Source of the DNA: Minisyncoccia bacterium
Lineage (GTDB): Bacteria > Patescibacteriota > Minisyncoccia > SW-4-49-11
DNA: 61,503 bases
Reading direction: 5' to 3'
Assembly: GCA_044356725.1 (NCBI GenBank)
Contig: JBIKVS010000006.1
Coordinates: 1 to 61,503, forward strand
The notes below the pieces were generated by a model. The model had not been told where the DNA came from and made no database searches. It was given only the letters and a program-made list of their open reading frames with translations. Below are positions 16,978 to 27,091 of this stretch, one piece after another (position 1 is the stretch's first letter; the number at the start of each line of letters is the position of its first letter). The translations under genes were made by a program, and so were the position numbers.

Positions 16978-17201
16978 ATACCCTCCCAGCCCACAAGGGC
17001 TGGGATTTTTGCTTTTTTCGTAGGGGCGACTGAAAGGTCTTCTCTACAAAGTGGAGGGATAAACCCTCCGCTACGAAATTAATAATTCGTAATTTATTTT
17101 TCCACCCCGTCCAGCAAAGCTGTCCACCCCTCAAGAGGGGAATTTTAATACAAAGTACAGGCGACTGGCAGGAGGCCCCTACAATTCATAATTTATAATT
17201 T
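16978..17201. repeat. G+C-rich mosaic repeat locus R4 (modules E, B variant, G, F)
   Basis: cgtaggggcgactgaaaggtc; ctacaaagtggagggataaaccctccgctacg (compare 60090-60121); aagtacaggcgactggcaggaggcccctacaattcataatt (compare 60065-60094 and 28608-28645). Confidence 0.8.
16984..17019 (+). terminator. Rho-independent terminator (module E) after small ORF 2
   Basis: tcccagccc-acaa-gggctggga (9-bp stem) followed by tttttgctttttt. Confidence 0.75.
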
Positions 17202-17212
17202 AAGATTAGACT

Positions 17213-17815
17213 TTATCGCCTATTCTTAAAGGCAGCAATGAGGGTGTCTTGGTCTACATATTCGAGTAAAGTCCCATTAGCTAGTCCCCTACCGAGGCTA
17301 CTGATATTACCGCTAAAATCTTTCAACTGTTGTCTTATGTATTGGGCTGTTCTATCTCCTTGTGCGGTGGGGCTGGTGGCTATTATTATGTCTTGAATAT
17401 GTTCGGTTTTAATTCTATGTAATAATTCACTAATATGCAAATCTTCTGGTTGTGAGGCTTTGAGCGGGTCTATGACTCCCCCGAGTACATGGTATCTTCC
17501 ACTATAGACTTCAGTTCGCTCAATTTGTAGTATATCCTCAGCATATTCTACAATACAGATTGTACCTGTGTCTCTGATTTCATTATTACAAATATTACAA
17601 GTTTCTCCCTCCGAGGTATTATAACAAATGCTACATTGCCTAACTAATGTCTTGATTTTGTGGATTTCCTTAGCTAATTTGGTAAGATAGGTTTGGTCTT
17701 GATTAATTAACCAATAGGCATATCTAGTAGCAGTTTTGCGACCTACTCCTGGTAGTTGCCGAATATCTTCAATTAGCTCATTGACTGAAGCTGGTGGAGT
17801 GATTTTACGCTGCAT
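17213..17815 (-). CDS. recR: Recombination protein RecR
   Basis: HhH (LPGVGRKTATR), C4 zinc finger (CSICYNTSEGETCNICNN) and Toprim region. Confidence 0.9.
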   Translation of the reverse strand: MQRKITPPASVNELIEDIRQLPGVGRKTATRYAYWLINQDQTYLTKLAKEIHKIKTLVRQCSICYNTSEGETCNICNNEIRDTGTICIVEYAEDILQIERTEVYSGRYHVLGGVIDPLKASQPEDLHISELLHRIKTEHIQDIIIATSPTAQGDRTAQYIRQQLKDFSGNISSLGRGLANGTLLEYVDQDTLIAAFKNRR

Positions 17816-17817
17816 AA

Positions 17818-19209
17818 CTATTCATTATTCTGTTGATGTCTATAATCTAAATTAACGAAAGTTGCATATTCTTTTTTGAATCCTAATCTAACTTTACCAA
17901 TTGGTCCATTTCTTTGTTTGGCGATGTGAATTTCAGCTATACCTTTGTTTTCTGTATCTGGATTTTCTCGCTCTTCACGGTAAATAAATAAAACAACATC
18001 AGCATCTTGCTCAATCGAACCAGATTCTCTCAAGTCAGACAGTCTAGGAATTTGTGGGGAACGGCTTTCTACCGAACGAGATAGCTGGGATAAGGCTATG
18101 ACTGGAACATTGAATTCTCTAGCTAATCCCTTGAGAGACCTTGATATTTCCGATACTTGTTGTACCACATTATCCGTACGAAGACTTGATTCCATAAGTT
18201 GTAAATAGTCTATTACAATTAAGCCCAGTTCATCCACTTCAGACATAATTCTTCTCAAAATTGCTCGCATTTTCATCACGCTACTTCCTGGACTATCTTC
18301 AATAAAAAGTTGAGATTTAGATAGAGAATCAAGAGCAGGTGCTAATTGTTCAAAGTCTTGTGGATGTAATTTACCAGTTTTCATTTTGAATAAATCTACC
18401 TTTGCCTCAGAACTTATTAATCTATCTACCACTTCTTCCTTGGACATTTCTAGGCTAAAGAAGACCGCTCCCTTGCCGGAGGTAATGGCTACATTTTTGA
18501 TAATTTCCAAAGCCAGAGAGGTTTTCCCCACTGAGGGACGAGCTGCTAATATAATAAGATTAGATGGCTGTAAGCCTCCAAGAGAATTATCTAGAGAATC
18601 AAATCCAGTTTTGACTCCTTTCATTCCAATACCATTATTATGGACATCGTCAATTCTATCAAATGCATCATGAAGAGCATCACTCATCCTGACATATTCT
18701 TGTTTTACTACCTTTTGAGCTACACTAAACACTGCTTGTTCAGCTTGGTCTAAAACTTGGTCAATTTCTTGAGTTTCATCAAAACCTAATTCTACTATTG
18801 AGGAGCCAACAGCAATTAATTTTCTTAGAGTTGATTTATGTTTAACAGTGTAGGCATAATGTTCAATATGGGCTGAGGATGGCACTAAGTCCACCAAATT
18901 AGCTAAATATTCCTCTCCTCCGATTTCCTCTAACTTTTCAATTAATTCTAATTTATGACTAATGGTAAGTAAATCTATCGGTTCTTTTTTATTAAATAAC
19001 TCTAATATCATCTGATAAATTAACCCATTTTTCTCATAATAAAAATCTTCTGGTGTGAGAATATCTACGATTTTTATCAAAACATTGGAGTCAATTAGAA
19101 TAGCTCCCAGAACCGACTCCTCCATATCCACTGCTTGAGGTGGAATTTTATTATGTAATACTGGTGACTTTTCTTTATATTCTTTAGTTGTTTTCTTTTC
19201 TCTTGCCAT
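17818..19209 (-). CDS. dnaB: Replicative DNA helicase DnaB
   Basis: Walker A ARPSVGKTS, IVIDYLQLM, LSQLSR, SGSIEQDADVV. Confidence 0.92.
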   Translation of the reverse strand: MAREKKTTKEYKEKSPVLHNKIPPQAVDMEESVLGAILIDSNVLIKIVDILTPEDFYYEKNGLIYQMILELFNKKEPIDLLTISHKLELIEKLEEIGGEEYLANLVDLVPSSAHIEHYAYTVKHKSTLRKLIAVGSSIVELGFDETQEIDQVLDQAEQAVFSVAQKVVKQEYVRMSDALHDAFDRIDDVHNNGIGMKGVKTGFDSLDNSLGGLQPSNLIILAARPSVGKTSLALEIIKNVAITSGKGAVFFSLEMSKEEVVDRLISSEAKVDLFKMKTGKLHPQDFEQLAPALDSLSKSQLFIEDSPGSSVMKMRAILRRIMSEVDELGLIVIDYLQLMESSLRTDNVVQQVSEISRSLKGLAREFNVPVIALSQLSRSVESRSPQIPRLSDLRESGSIEQDADVVLFIYREERENPDTENKGIAEIHIAKQRNGPIGKVRLGFKKEYATFVNLDYRHQQNNE

Positions 19210-19214
19210 ATTTT

Positions 19215-20909
19215 TTACATTTCATCTAAAGTTTGAATATTCAATAAGTCTAAACCTATTTTAATTATAGCATTAACTCTTTCTAATAAATATAATTTAT
19301 TATTTTTATTTTCTAGATTAGTCTCTTTTAGAATTGAAGTTGTATGATAATAGGAGTTTATCATCTCAGCCAATTCATACAAGTAGTGAGCTATGTAGGC
19401 AGGGTCATATTCCCTAACAGCTTGGTCTCTAATTTCTGAGAACTTAGCTAATTTTAATATTATATTTTTTTCTACTGAATTAAAATCTTGGTTTTCAAAA
19501 TACTTTGGAGTAATACCTGATTTATTTAGAATCGACTGAATACGAGCATAAGTATAAAGGATATATGGTCCAGTTTTACCTGTAAGACTAATAGATGAAT
19601 TAATATCAAAAACAATATCTTTTTTGGTAGAAATAGCTAGTATATAGTACATATAGCTTGCTTTGGCTATAATTTGTACTCTTTTCTCTATTTCCTCATG
19701 CTCTAATTGAGTGTCTTTGAAGTAAATCTCTCTAACTTTATCTTCAATTTCTTGGATTAAAGGGTCAGCATTGACTATAGTACCCTTTCTAGAGCTCATT
19801 TTACCTTCTGGGAGACGAAATAGTCCATAGCCAATGTGATAGAGACCATCTTGCTTTATACCTAATTGCTGTGAGATAGCAAAAATTTGCTGAAATTGTA
19901 AATTTTGCTCATAAGCTGTAATATAAATCAGTTTGTCAGCATTATGACATTTGGATTTCTCAGATAATCTGTATTTTAATAAATATAAATCTTGAGTTAT
20001 ATACAGAGCCGTACCTTGAGACCTTAGAAGAATTTTGTTAGGTAAATTATATTTTTCTAGATCAGCATAAATATAATTATCTTCTGGATGTTGTTTGAAT
20101 ATCCCTCTTTCTAGACCATCTAATACAATTTCTTTCCCTTTTTTATAAATATCTGATTCATAAATATGCTCATCAAAGGATGTACCTAATTTTTGATAGG
20201 TTTGTTGTTGCCCTTCTATCACCCAATTCCTAAGTTTTAGCCAAATATCATACCAGTACTTATCGCCATTTTCCCATTTTGATAATATATCTTGAGCTTG
20301 ATCTATTAACTTTGGATTATCTTGTGATTTATGTTCGAATTCAATGTATAAATTACCAGCATAATGATCTGATTTTATATCTGGAGTTTCATCTTTATGA
20401 AACATTTCATAGATTAACATCATCTTAGCAACTGCAATACCTCTATCATTAATCACCTCAGTTTTAATCACCTGATGTCCTTGAGATTTTAAAATTTTAT
20501 ATAAAGCTTCTCCAATGGCAATATTACGAATATGACCTAAATGTAGAGGTTTATTAGTATTGGGAGAGGCAAATTCTAGGGCTATTTTTTTTCTTTGTAC
20601 TTCAGATAATTTGGCTGGAGTATCTAGTAAGGCGTGGCCCACTAAATAGGAGGTTTTGAGTCTCAAATTCATATAAGCCCCTACTATGTTGATTTCTTCT
20701 ATATATTCTATATTCTCTAATTCTAACTTTAGCTGATTTGCAATTTCTTGAGGTGATTTTTTAAAGATTTTTGCAAAGACAAAACAAGGTATAGCTAAAT
20801 CTCCAAATTGTGAATTAGGATATTCAAATTCAATTACAAATTGATTATCTATATCCAGTATTCTGCGAATTTGTATTACTAAATCATCTTTTATCTTATA
20901 CAATCCCAT
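19215..20909 (-). CDS. argS: Arginyl-tRNA synthetase
   Basis: HIGH-type motif SPNTNKPLHLGHIRN, a KMSSRKG-like loop (GKMSSRKG) and a C-terminal anticodon-binding helical domain. Confidence 0.88.
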   Translation of the reverse strand: MGLYKIKDDLVIQIRRILDIDNQFVIEFEYPNSQFGDLAIPCFVFAKIFKKSPQEIANQLKLELENIEYIEEINIVGAYMNLRLKTSYLVGHALLDTPAKLSEVQRKKIALEFASPNTNKPLHLGHIRNIAIGEALYKILKSQGHQVIKTEVINDRGIAVAKMMLIYEMFHKDETPDIKSDHYAGNLYIEFEHKSQDNPKLIDQAQDILSKWENGDKYWYDIWLKLRNWVIEGQQQTYQKLGTSFDEHIYESDIYKKGKEIVLDGLERGIFKQHPEDNYIYADLEKYNLPNKILLRSQGTALYITQDLYLLKYRLSEKSKCHNADKLIYITAYEQNLQFQQIFAISQQLGIKQDGLYHIGYGLFRLPEGKMSSRKGTIVNADPLIQEIEDKVREIYFKDTQLEHEEIEKRVQIIAKASYMYYILAISTKKDIVFDINSSISLTGKTGPYILYTYARIQSILNKSGITPKYFENQDFNSVEKNIILKLAKFSEIRDQAVREYDPAYIAHYLYELAEMINSYYHTTSILKETNLENKNNKLYLLERVNAIIKIGLDLLNIQTLDEM

Positions 20910-20912
20910 ACT

Positions 20913-22001
20913 CTAAAATAGATTTATAATATCTTTAATTGTAACTAATACAAATAATAACATTAGCATACTATATCCTATTATATGAAATTTATTTTCT
21001 AGTGCTTGACTTACTGGAGAACCCTTAATCCACTCTATGATTACAAAAAAGATTCTTCCACCATCAAGAGCTGGTATAGGCAAAATATTGAAAAAAGCTA
21101 AGCTAGTACTCAATAATCCAATAAAAGTAAGTATATATGTAAATCCTAGTACTCTAATATCTCCAACTACTTGCACTAAGCCCACAGGTCCAGTCACATC
21201 TGCTTCAGCTGGTAGTGGAGCTTGAGTAAATAAACTCATTATCATTTGTCCCAATATATAAAGTGTTGTACTGATAATACTATATATACTAATAAATGAT
21301 AATTTCAAAGACTCAAAGAATGAAAGCTTTTGGATTCCCGTAAATTGAGTTGAAATTCCAACAGCACCTTGTCCTTCAGGTGGATTCTCTCGAGGTTCTA
21401 GAGTTTTAGTCAAAGTCTGATCTCCCCTTTTAATAACTATATCTATAGACTGCCCAATGTTATCTTTAATGATATTTGTCACTTCATCTTGATTTGCAAT
21501 TTCTATTCCAGCAATATTTTGTATTTCATCCCCAAATTTTAAGTCTGATTTTTCAGCAGGAGAATCTTTAGCAACTGTAGCTATTCTAACTGCAATATTA
21601 CTATATTTATCAGAATTTATCTCAGAATCATTAATAACTACTTGCGAACCCAACATACCAACTATAGTAAAAGCTAAAATGGCAATAATTATATTCATAG
21701 TTACTCCAGCTGAGAGAATAGCTATTCTTTGCCATGGCTTTTTAGAAGCAAAAGATCTAGGATTATCTTTATTATCTCCCTCTTCACCAAGTAATTTGAC
21801 ATAACCCCCAAGTGGTAATAAATTTATATTATACTCAGTCTCACTGTTTTTAGGTTTATAGCCCCATATTTTAGGAGGAAGCCCAAAACCAAATTCTTCT
21901 ACCTTTACTCCATTCCATCGAGCTACTATAAAATGTCCAAATTCATGTCCAATGACAACAATTACTAATATTCCTAGAAAAAGTAAAATTGTAGTTAACA
22001 T
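20913..22001 (-). CDS. rseP: Site-2 protease, M50 family (RseP-like) with PDZ domain
   Basis: HEFGHF zinc motif in TM1, central PDZ-like segment, LNILPIPALDGG motif. Confidence 0.85.
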   Translation of the reverse strand: MLTTILLFLGILVIVVIGHEFGHFIVARWNGVKVEEFGFGLPPKIWGYKPKNSETEYNINLLPLGGYVKLLGEEGDNKDNPRSFASKKPWQRIAILSAGVTMNIIIAILAFTIVGMLGSQVVINDSEINSDKYSNIAVRIATVAKDSPAEKSDLKFGDEIQNIAGIEIANQDEVTNIIKDNIGQSIDIVIKRGDQTLTKTLEPRENPPEGQGAVGISTQFTGIQKLSFFESLKLSFISIYSIISTTLYILGQMIMSLFTQAPLPAEADVTGPVGLVQVVGDIRVLGFTYILTFIGLLSTSLAFFNILPIPALDGGRIFFVIIEWIKGSPVSQALENKFHIIGYSMLMLLFVLVTIKDIINLF

Positions 22002-22002
22002 A

Positions 22003-22557
22003 CTATACGGTTAAAATTTGCTGTTCTTTTTTCTTAGAAATCAACTCTAATTCATTTTGATAATCTTTGGTAAACAAATCAATTTGCTCAAAATCTTTAT
22101 ATTGCTCATCTTCTGAAATTTCTTTATTCTTAAGCTGATTTTTTACATTACTTCTAGCCTCGTCTCTTAGCTGTCTTAATGCTGTTTTGAATTCTTCAGC
22201 TTTATGGTTAAGCTCTTTCACCAAAGCTAATCTTCTCTCTTCGGTTGGGACTGGGATAACTAATCTGACTCCCGCACTCTCAGAGATGGGGTTAAGTCCC
22301 AAATGAGTGGCTTGTTGAATAGCTTTTTCAATACTCGCAATACTAGATTTATCCCAAGGAGTGATGAGCATTACTCTTGGTTCTGGTATGCTAATTGAAG
22401 CAATTTGTTTGAGAGGAGTAGGAGTTCCATAATACTCTACTAGCAAGTCATCTACCAATTCAATACTAGCTTCTCCTGTTCTTAAACCTTGAATATCTTT
22501 TTTGAAAGCCTCTACTGTTTTATTAAACTTATCCTTAATATCTACTGTATTTAACAT
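22003..22557 (-). CDS. frr: Ribosome recycling factor
   Basis: Typical Frr length and sequence (LRTGEASIELVDDLLVEYYGTPTPLKQIASISIPE...). Confidence 0.9.
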   Translation of the reverse strand: MLNTVDIKDKFNKTVEAFKKDIQGLRTGEASIELVDDLLVEYYGTPTPLKQIASISIPEPRVMLITPWDKSSIASIEKAIQQATHLGLNPISESAGVRLVIPVPTEERRLALVKELNHKAEEFKTALRQLRDEARSNVKNQLKNKEISEDEQYKDFEQIDLFTKDYQNELELISKKKEQQILTV

Positions 22558-22567
22558 ATAATATAAA

Positions 22568-23653
22568 TTAATTACTACTAATATATATTATATCACTTTT
22601 TTCTCTATCTATTAAGAGGTCTGTAATATTTTTTACTATTGTGGATAGGTCACTAGTATTCCAAGTTTCTCCCTTATTGGATGAGGCGTAAAGAACTGTA
22701 CCTACATTATAATAAATCACATTAGGGTCAGACTCACCCACTCTAATATTAGTTACTGATAGGGATAAATTTGGAGTTAATATACTAATATTTATCCAAG
22801 TTTTGCCACCATCTTCTGTTCTTAATAATTCACCAGTACTTCCAATATATATTTCATTAAAGTTATTAGAGTTGACTGCAAAAGATGTAATTTGAGATCC
22901 AGTGACAGGTCTAGATTTTAATCTTGGGACAGATTCTTCAAAACTAAATCCCCCATCTATACTATTAAATATACTTGTAATACCAAAGACTAATATATTT
23001 TCCGTGTTATCAGGATTGAGTTCTAATCCAATTACTGTACTTCTAAGATTAGTAGCTAAAACCCAATCTAAACCTTTATTATATGACTTCAATAGAACTC
23101 CACTAGATAATAATGCATAGACTATATTATCATTCTTAGGGTCTACTTTTATTGATACAAAAGATGGCCCACTTTTAGGTTCTGTATAGACTTCTTTAGC
23201 TTCATTGGCCTTTTCTAGATTCATAGTACGATACAAACGAGCTCTTTTTGATTCTATAGCACCTATATATATCTCATTAGTATTCTTAGGATTAATTCCA
23301 ACCGCAGTCGGTATAATTGGTGAATTTAATACAAGATTCCATTCATTTCCCCAATTAGAAGTTTTAAATATACTCCCTCTCCCTGTAACCGCTATAATAT
23401 CTTTATCTGCTCCTTTAGATAAGGATATAACATTTTTACTCAAATTAGTACTAGAGTTAGAGGCTACTTTTGACTTTGGCTCAAAAGTACGACCAGCATC
23501 TGTAGATTTCCAAATAGCACCTTTGACATCATCTGTTTTCTCACTATTATTATCTCCTGAGGGAAGCGAAATTGGAGAATAACTATTAAAAATAATAGCT
23601 GTAATAATCAAAATTCCTATCAATATAGTTAATGGCAATAAAAATATTTTCAT
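22568..23653 (-). CDS. BNR/Asp-box repeat beta-propeller protein with N-terminal anchor
   Basis: Repeated SxDxGxTW-like boxes: STDAGRTF, TSNWGNEW, YNKGLDW, SIDGGFSF, TEDGGKTW, SSNKGETW. Confidence 0.7.
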   Translation of the reverse strand: MKIFLLPLTILIGILIITAIIFNSYSPISLPSGDNNSEKTDDVKGAIWKSTDAGRTFEPKSKVASNSSTNLSKNVISLSKGADKDIIAVTGRGSIFKTSNWGNEWNLVLNSPIIPTAVGINPKNTNEIYIGAIESKRARLYRTMNLEKANEAKEVYTEPKSGPSFVSIKVDPKNDNIVYALLSSGVLLKSYNKGLDWVLATNLRSTVIGLELNPDNTENILVFGITSIFNSIDGGFSFEESVPRLKSRPVTGSQITSFAVNSNNFNEIYIGSTGELLRTEDGGKTWINISILTPNLSLSVTNIRVGESDPNVIYYNVGTVLYASSNKGETWNTSDLSTIVKNITDLLIDREKSDIIYISSN

Positions 23654-24504
23654 ATATGTATTTTATTATTTAGTATAAATTCTTCCATAGCTAATATGTT
23701 CTTACGGTTACTAAATAAAATAGTTGATTTTATATTATTAAGACTGTCAAGAGCTTTATAATTCCACCCAAGATTAGTATTATTGACTATATTATTTAGT
23801 TGTTGATTTAAACTTTTAGATAATCTAATATTAGTATAACTTGTCTTATCATTATGTGCAAGTGTAATCATAAAATGTATACTCTCTAACACAAATAACA
23901 ATAAATCTATTGGATAAATTAATAATTTTTGAGTATAATTAAAGACTTCAATTTCATCAGCTTTTAATAAATTGAGATATAATTCCCAAATTTGCTCAAT
24001 GGTATTCAGTAAATCTGGATTTTCTTTCATATCCAATTGTAAATCATAATGCCCCAAGGTAATATCAGTCAATTCCATAATATCTAAATAAACTGTTAGA
24101 CATCTTGAATATATAGTCGGTAGAAGTTTATGATATGTGCCCAAAAGAAATATAATACTATACTTAGATGGCTCTTCAATGATTTTAAGTAAAGCGTTTT
24201 GAGATTCTTTGGTCAAAAAATCAGCATCCTCAATAACAAAAAATGTATAAGGACTATATAATGGGGTTTGGTTGATATTGTGTTTAATAATATCAATTTC
24301 AGAGAGTCCAATACTAGATTTATCTATATCTTTTTTTATCCAGATGACATCGTTATTAATAGAATTATCTTTAGTAAAAGATTTAATGATTTCCTTAGAT
24401 AAAGCAACTTGTCCAACTCTATATGAACCTTCTATTAGAAATGTTTGGCTTTGTTTAGATTTAATTTGATTTATAATAATATCCTTTGCTTGACTACTTG
24501 TCAT
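23650..24504 (-). CDS. DNA polymerase III delta'-like clamp-loader subunit (degenerate P-loop)
   Basis: Motif order (FLIEGSYRVGQ, FVIEDADFLTKESQNALLKIIEEP, SRC) matches HolB-type proteins. Confidence 0.6.
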   Translation of the reverse strand: MTSSQAKDIIINQIKSKQSQTFLIEGSYRVGQVALSKEIIKSFTKDNSINNDVIWIKKDIDKSSIGLSEIDIIKHNINQTPLYSPYTFFVIEDADFLTKESQNALLKIIEEPSKYSIIFLLGTYHKLLPTIYSRCLTVYLDIMELTDITLGHYDLQLDMKENPDLLNTIEQIWELYLNLLKADEIEVFNYTQKLLIYPIDLLLFVLESIHFMITLAHNDKTSYTNIRLSKSLNQQLNNIVNNTNLGWNYKALDSLNNIKSTILFSNRKNILAMEEFILNNKIHI

Positions 24505-25612
24505 TATTGTTTTTATCTATAATTTTATTAATATAAGTTTCTATTTCTTTGATAAATCTTTTAGTACTAAATTGCTCGGCGTGTTTTCTGATATAATTAG
24601 TGTCATATTTATTTTCGGTAATTCTCCTTACTCCATCAGCTAATAATTCTATAATTGGAGCATCAAAAAACTCTCCTGTCTTACCCTCAACAATAGTCTC
24701 TAAGGCTCCTCCATCACGCAAGGCTAAAACCGGCTTTCCAGCAGCCATCGCCTCTACAGGAGCAATACCAAAGTCATCACTTCCAGCAAAAATGAAGGCC
24801 TTACAATTCTGATAATATTCTACAGTTATATCATCCTTTAGAAATCCCTTTATCTCTACATTAGGACCTGCTAATTTCTCTAATCTTTTTCTTTCAGGAC
24901 CATCCCCAATAATAACCAGTGGTAATCCTAGTTTATTGAAGGCCTCAATTGCAATATCAATATTCTTATATTGAGTTAATTGTGAAACTATAAGGAAATA
25001 ATCTCTATGATCTTTAGTTGCCTTTAATCTATCTACATCTACTGGAGGGTAAATCACTACAGATTCTTTGCGATAATACTTTTTTATCCTAGATTGAGTT
25101 AACTTTGAATTGGCTATAAAATAATCCACTCTATCAGCTGCCTGTCTATCCCATTGTCTTAGATAATGGGTCAATAATAAAATCATAAAATTACCGAATT
25201 TTCCTTTCCTCTGTTGTTTACGATATGAATAAAAAGCATTCCATAAAAAAGTAGCTGGAGCATGACAATAAGATATATGAATAGCTTTAGGTTTTGTGAT
25301 AACTCCTTTAGCAAAAGAATTGGAGCTAGAAATAATTAAATCATAAGGAGTAAAGTTTAATGATTCAATAGCTGATGGGAATAATGGAGCTAAAAATTTC
25401 ACTCTTGATTTAAGCCAACTAGGAAAAGTATTTACAAAACTAGCCTTTACCTTGTCGCTTGGAAAAATATCAGATACTTTAGATTCATTATATAATAAAG
25501 TAAAAATATCTGCTTTTGGATATATATCAGATAAATGCTTCAAGACTCTCTCTGCCCCTCCTAAACGAGTCAAATATTCGTGAACTAAGGCTACTTTGAT
25601 AGATTTTTTCAT
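24494..25612 (-). CDS. GT4 family glycosyltransferase
   Basis: C-terminal EDFGIAPVEAMAAGKPV...GETG (E-x7-E region) is typical of GT4/GT-B enzymes. Confidence 0.8.
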   Translation of the reverse strand: MKKSIKVALVHEYLTRLGGAERVLKHLSDIYPKADIFTLLYNESKVSDIFPSDKVKASFVNTFPSWLKSRVKFLAPLFPSAIESLNFTPYDLIISSSNSFAKGVITKPKAIHISYCHAPATFLWNAFYSYRKQQRKGKFGNFMILLLTHYLRQWDRQAADRVDYFIANSKLTQSRIKKYYRKESVVIYPPVDVDRLKATKDHRDYFLIVSQLTQYKNIDIAIEAFNKLGLPLVIIGDGPERKRLEKLAGPNVEIKGFLKDDITVEYYQNCKAFIFAGSDDFGIAPVEAMAAGKPVLALRDGGALETIVEGKTGEFFDAPIIELLADGVRRITENKYDTNYIRKHAEQFSTKRFIKEIETYINKIIDKNNNDK

Positions 25613-25614
25613 AC

Positions 25615-27090
25615 TTATTTCTCCCTTTTCATCAATGGAAAGGCTGTAGTTTCTCGAATTGGCTTTTGCATCAGTACGCTAAATAATCTCTCAGAATAAG
25701 CAAATCCACAAGTTGGTGGGATACCATATTCTAACGCTTCTACAAAATCTCTGTCTATCATCATAGCTTCATCATCACCCTGTTCTCTCAGAGATTGTTG
25801 TTCCTCAAATCTTGCTAACTGATCTACTGGGTCATTTAGCTCCGCAAAGCCATTAGTAAGCTCCGAACCATAAGCTATAAGCTGAGATCTTAGACTATAA
25901 TCTGGATTATCAGGGTTTCTCTTAGCTAAAGGTGAAATAGCCACTGGATGATCAATCAACCAAACTGGCTCTATACATTTTGGTCTGGCAGTCTTTTTAT
26001 AAATCAAATCCAGCATACGACCATAACCATCACTTTTATTATATTTCAAGTTAAGACTATCTGCTAATGCCTTTAATTTCTCAACTGTATCATATTCTTG
26101 CAGATATATCCCAGCAAACTTTTCTATGAATTCATAATAAGATAGTCTAGGCCAAGTTTGACTCCAATCTATTATTTTATCTTGATATTTTAATTCTAAG
26201 GTATTAAAAGTTTTCTGAATTACATATTTTATCAAATCCTCGGAGAAGCTTAACATTTGTTCAAATTCTGAATATGCCCAATAAAATTCAAATTGAATAT
26301 ATTCTTGCAAATGCTCATCATCAATACCCTCATTACGATAATTTTTATCAATATCAAAAACCTTCTCAAATCCTCCAGCAATATATCGCTTCAAAAATAA
26401 TTCAGAACTAATTCTAAGATAAAAATCTTCATCTAGAGCATTATGATGAGTAGAAAATGGCTTAGCCTCAGCTCCTCCAGTGGTATGCTCGAGGGTTGGA
26501 GCTTGTAGTTCCAGAAAGTCATACTTGAGCATATATTCTCGAGTAGCTTGCCAGAATTTACTTTTCATCCGAAATATTTCTCTCACTTCTGGATGTAATT
26601 TCATATCTACATATCTCTTGCGATATTTTAGCTCAATATCATCTAATTTCTCTGGCAATGACCTCAATGACTTAGTCAAAACAGTATATGAAGTCGCAAA
26701 GACACTAGGCTCTCCTCTTTGAGATAAATCCAAAGTACCAGTGACTTGTATATAGTCTCCCCTGTCTACTAACTCCTTAAAATCTTGAAAATTAAGTTGT
26801 GCCTGTTCTAATAAATCAGACTTGAAAATAAATTGAAATCCAGTGGGAAAAGAATCATCCTCTACTGTAGTAAATCCAATTTTTCCAGATAATCTAAGAG
26901 ATTTGATATATCCAGCAACAGTCAAAGTCTGACCTTTTATAGAATCAAATTGCTGAGATAAATCTTGTAAATTCATATCTCTTTTGACTTGTTCAGTATA
27001 AGGATTATTTCCCTTAGATTGTAATACTTTCGCCTTTTCTATACGATGATTACGCTCAACTTCAATAGCATTAAGTGTAGAATTTGTCAT
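25615..27090 (-). CDS. lysS: Lysyl-tRNA synthetase, class II
   Basis: OB-fold N-terminus and class II motifs (FLELQAPTLE, YRNEGID, GIPPTCGFAYSERL). Confidence 0.9.
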   Translation of the reverse strand: MTNSTLNAIEVERNHRIEKAKVLQSKGNNPYTEQVKRDMNLQDLSQQFDSIKGQTLTVAGYIKSLRLSGKIGFTTVEDDSFPTGFQFIFKSDLLEQAQLNFQDFKELVDRGDYIQVTGTLDLSQRGEPSVFATSYTVLTKSLRSLPEKLDDIELKYRKRYVDMKLHPEVREIFRMKSKFWQATREYMLKYDFLELQAPTLEHTTGGAEAKPFSTHHNALDEDFYLRISSELFLKRYIAGGFEKVFDIDKNYRNEGIDDEHLQEYIQFEFYWAYSEFEQMLSFSEDLIKYVIQKTFNTLELKYQDKIIDWSQTWPRLSYYEFIEKFAGIYLQEYDTVEKLKALADSLNLKYNKSDGYGRMLDLIYKKTARPKCIEPVWLIDHPVAISPLAKRNPDNPDYSLRSQLIAYGSELTNGFAELNDPVDQLARFEEQQSLREQGDDEAMMIDRDFVEALEYGIPPTCGFAYSERLFSVLMQKPIRETTAFPLMKREK

Positions 27091-27091
27091 A

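Noticed and set aside
16013-17019. Integron-like gene cassettes with attC sites for the two small-ORF cassettes.
   Set aside because: The repeats carry their own promoters and terminators, whereas integron cassettes are normally promoterless. There is no R'/R'' GTTRRRY core that I can see, and no intI-like integrase in the window.
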